The position numbers were made by a program, and so were the translations under genes. From Bilabrum cf. latius (lineage: Eukaryota): a DNA stretch of 64,000 bases. Shown piece by piece: positions 62,838 through 64,000 of the stretch (position 1 is the first letter of the stretch; each line of letters starts with the position of its first letter). Location of the stretch: the NCBI GenBank assembly GCA_965178125.1, contig OZ237755.1, positions 248,001-312,000 of the forward strand, in the 5' to 3' direction. A model generated the notes under the pieces. It did no database searches, was not told where the DNA came from, and saw only the letters and a list, made by a program, of their open reading frames with translations.

Positions 62838-64000
62838 TCACGCCAGCTGCACCTGCAAGACTGATCCTGTTGGCACGGAGGCCGGAGCAGCCAGCCCAAC
62901 GAGCAGCATGCCGCTGGCCTGCTTCGTGGTTGCGACAGCGACCGACTTGCCGTCGAGGGTCACCATCGCGCTCGCGCTGCTCGTCTCGATAACGAGGTTC
63001 TGGACGGTGACTGAACCGTACGATACCTTCCAGCTCACAGTACCACCCGCCCCTCTTCCACTGACCGCGGGGCCCTGGGTACTCGCTCCACACCCGCACG
63101 AGGGAGGGCGACCAGCTGCATCCGCGGCGGGCGGTTGCATGCTCGCCTGTCCCCAGCCGCTGTCCGTGGTGAACCAGCCGCAGAAGCTTCCGTCAGCAGC
63201 AAGCACCCGCGGAGCGATGGTCATCTGCAGCGCCGGCTTGTTCCAGCGGATGCCGGCCGCCAGTTCGAGCAGTGCAAAGCCGCTCATGGGTCTGGAGTAG
63301 TACTGCCCGCACTCGATCTCGTTCACCACGCTGCGGCGGGTGCCATCCTGCCTCGCACGCGTGTCAAGCAGCATCTGCTTCCACACCGCGTCGGTCCCCG
63401 GGGTGCCACAGGCGAGAGCAAGGCCGGCCATCGGGTACTCGATGCCGCTCCAGGCGGCCTCTGAAGTGTACAGCAGCGGCTTCGGCGGGGGCTTAGAGTC
63501 GGGCCAGGTGGCAATGTACAGCCCGCTGTCGCGCTCGTCGTAGAACTTGCGAGGGTGTTGGTCACTAGGATTGAATCCATCGCGATGATTTGCCCCGAAC
63601 ACGCCTGCCACCGCCGTGGCCACATGATCGGCTGGCAGCAAGTCACCCAGATCCAGGATGTACGCCCACCACTGGCCCAGCAGCTGGTCCGTGAACGCAC
63701 CATCCGTGAGCTCGTTCACGTGGTGCTCCGGGTCCGTGACCTGGGTGTACCACTTGCCGTTGGTAAAGCAGAGAGTGTCTAGAGTTTTGGAGCCTAGCTG
63801 GAAGCGCGCACCGTACTTTGAGGCAGAGGCCGAGTCCCCAGCCAGCTTGGCCATTTCCTCGCAGGCTCGCAGGCCGCACAGATACAGTGCGCTCATGAGC
63901 GTGTTCACGCCGTACAGGGGGCAGTCATACGTAGAGGGTTGCGGCCCTCGAACCACGCCGTCTCCCTTCAGGTCAAGCTCGGTCATCCACCTCTCGATGA
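62838..64000 (-). CDS. GBA2: GH116 non-lysosomal glucosylceramidase-like glycosidase, C-terminal part (5'-partial)
   Basis: DG......TYD, LYL.GLRA..EMA, NGKWY, DQLLGQW, YTSE.WSGIEY, NEIECGQYYSRPMS, WG. Frame runs off the window end; ends TGA. Confidence 0.85.
   Translation of the reverse strand, partial: IERWMTELDLKGDGVVRGPQPSTYDCPLYGVNTLMSALYLCGLRACEEMAKLAGDSASASKYGARFQLGSKTLDTLCFTNGKWYTQVTDPEHHVNELTDGAFTDQLLGQWWAYILDLGDLLPADHVATAVAGVFGANHRDGFNPSDQHPRKFYDERDSGLYIATWPDSKPPPKPLLYTSEAAWSGIEYPMAGLALACGTPGTDAVWKQMLLDTRARQDGTRRSVVNEIECGQYYSRPMSGFALLELAAGIRWNKPALQMTIAPRVLAADGSFCGWFTTDSGWGQASMQPPAADAAGRPPSCGCGASTQGPAVSGRGAGGTVSWKVSYGSVTVQNLVIETSSASAMVTLDGKSVAVATTKQASGMLLVGLAAPASVPTGSVLQVQLA

Noticed and set aside
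1-64000. Mass pseudogenisation or sequencing error as the cause of the internal stops
   Set aside because: Interruptions are exclusively TAG, without frameshifts or internal TGA/TAA, and catalytic motifs are intact in essential genes.
1-64000. TAG = pyrrolysine, Leu or Glu, or occasional programmed read-through
   Set aside because: Up to ~20 TAG per gene excludes leaky read-through; the most diagnostic conserved columns (TDP1, MAPEG) indicate Gln; no pyl genes seen.
1-64000. Prokaryotic, phage or endogenous-virus origin
   Set aside because: Spliceosomal introns and eukaryote-specific genes (kinesin, PPIP5K, ubiquitin); no integrase, capsid, transposase or terminal repeats seen.

Overview
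GC-rich, very gene-dense eukaryotic (protist-like) nuclear DNA with about 20 protein-coding genes, short GT-AG introns and short, AT-richer intergenic spacers. The low-complexity Gly/Ala/Ser-rich proteins are reminiscent of a heterotrophic stramenopile such as a bicosoecid, but that is only an impression. Main result: the window uses a non-standard nuclear genetic code. By hand count, more than 100 TAG codons lie in frame inside otherwise intact genes. Several fall at conserved or Gln-compatible positions (TDP1 'QGxW', MAPEG 'RAQMNT', FolC 'RVRVQG', LRR 'LQxLxL', poly-Gln tracts), so TAG = Gln. I found no internal TAA or TGA, and all 20 reconstructed genes end in TGA (16) or TAA (4). UAG is therefore uncoupled from UAA, a rare code type. 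The supplied ORF track (standard code) fragments almost every gene. Genes under this code: UIM protein, giant coiled-coil protein, TDP1, multi-ubiquitin-like protein, SCO1, Dsn1-like protein, RNI-type LRR protein, MAPEG, two tandem ankyrin genes, PPIP5K/Vip1, a Ser/Thr kinase split by an ~1,100-residue insert, GT61 glycosyltransferase plus a decayed duplicate fragment, TBCE-like, FolC/FPGS, kinesin, membrane DSP phosphatase, GH116, and two hypothetical proteins. No tRNA, rRNA, CRISPR array or mobile element was recognised. Exon boundaries were read by eye.
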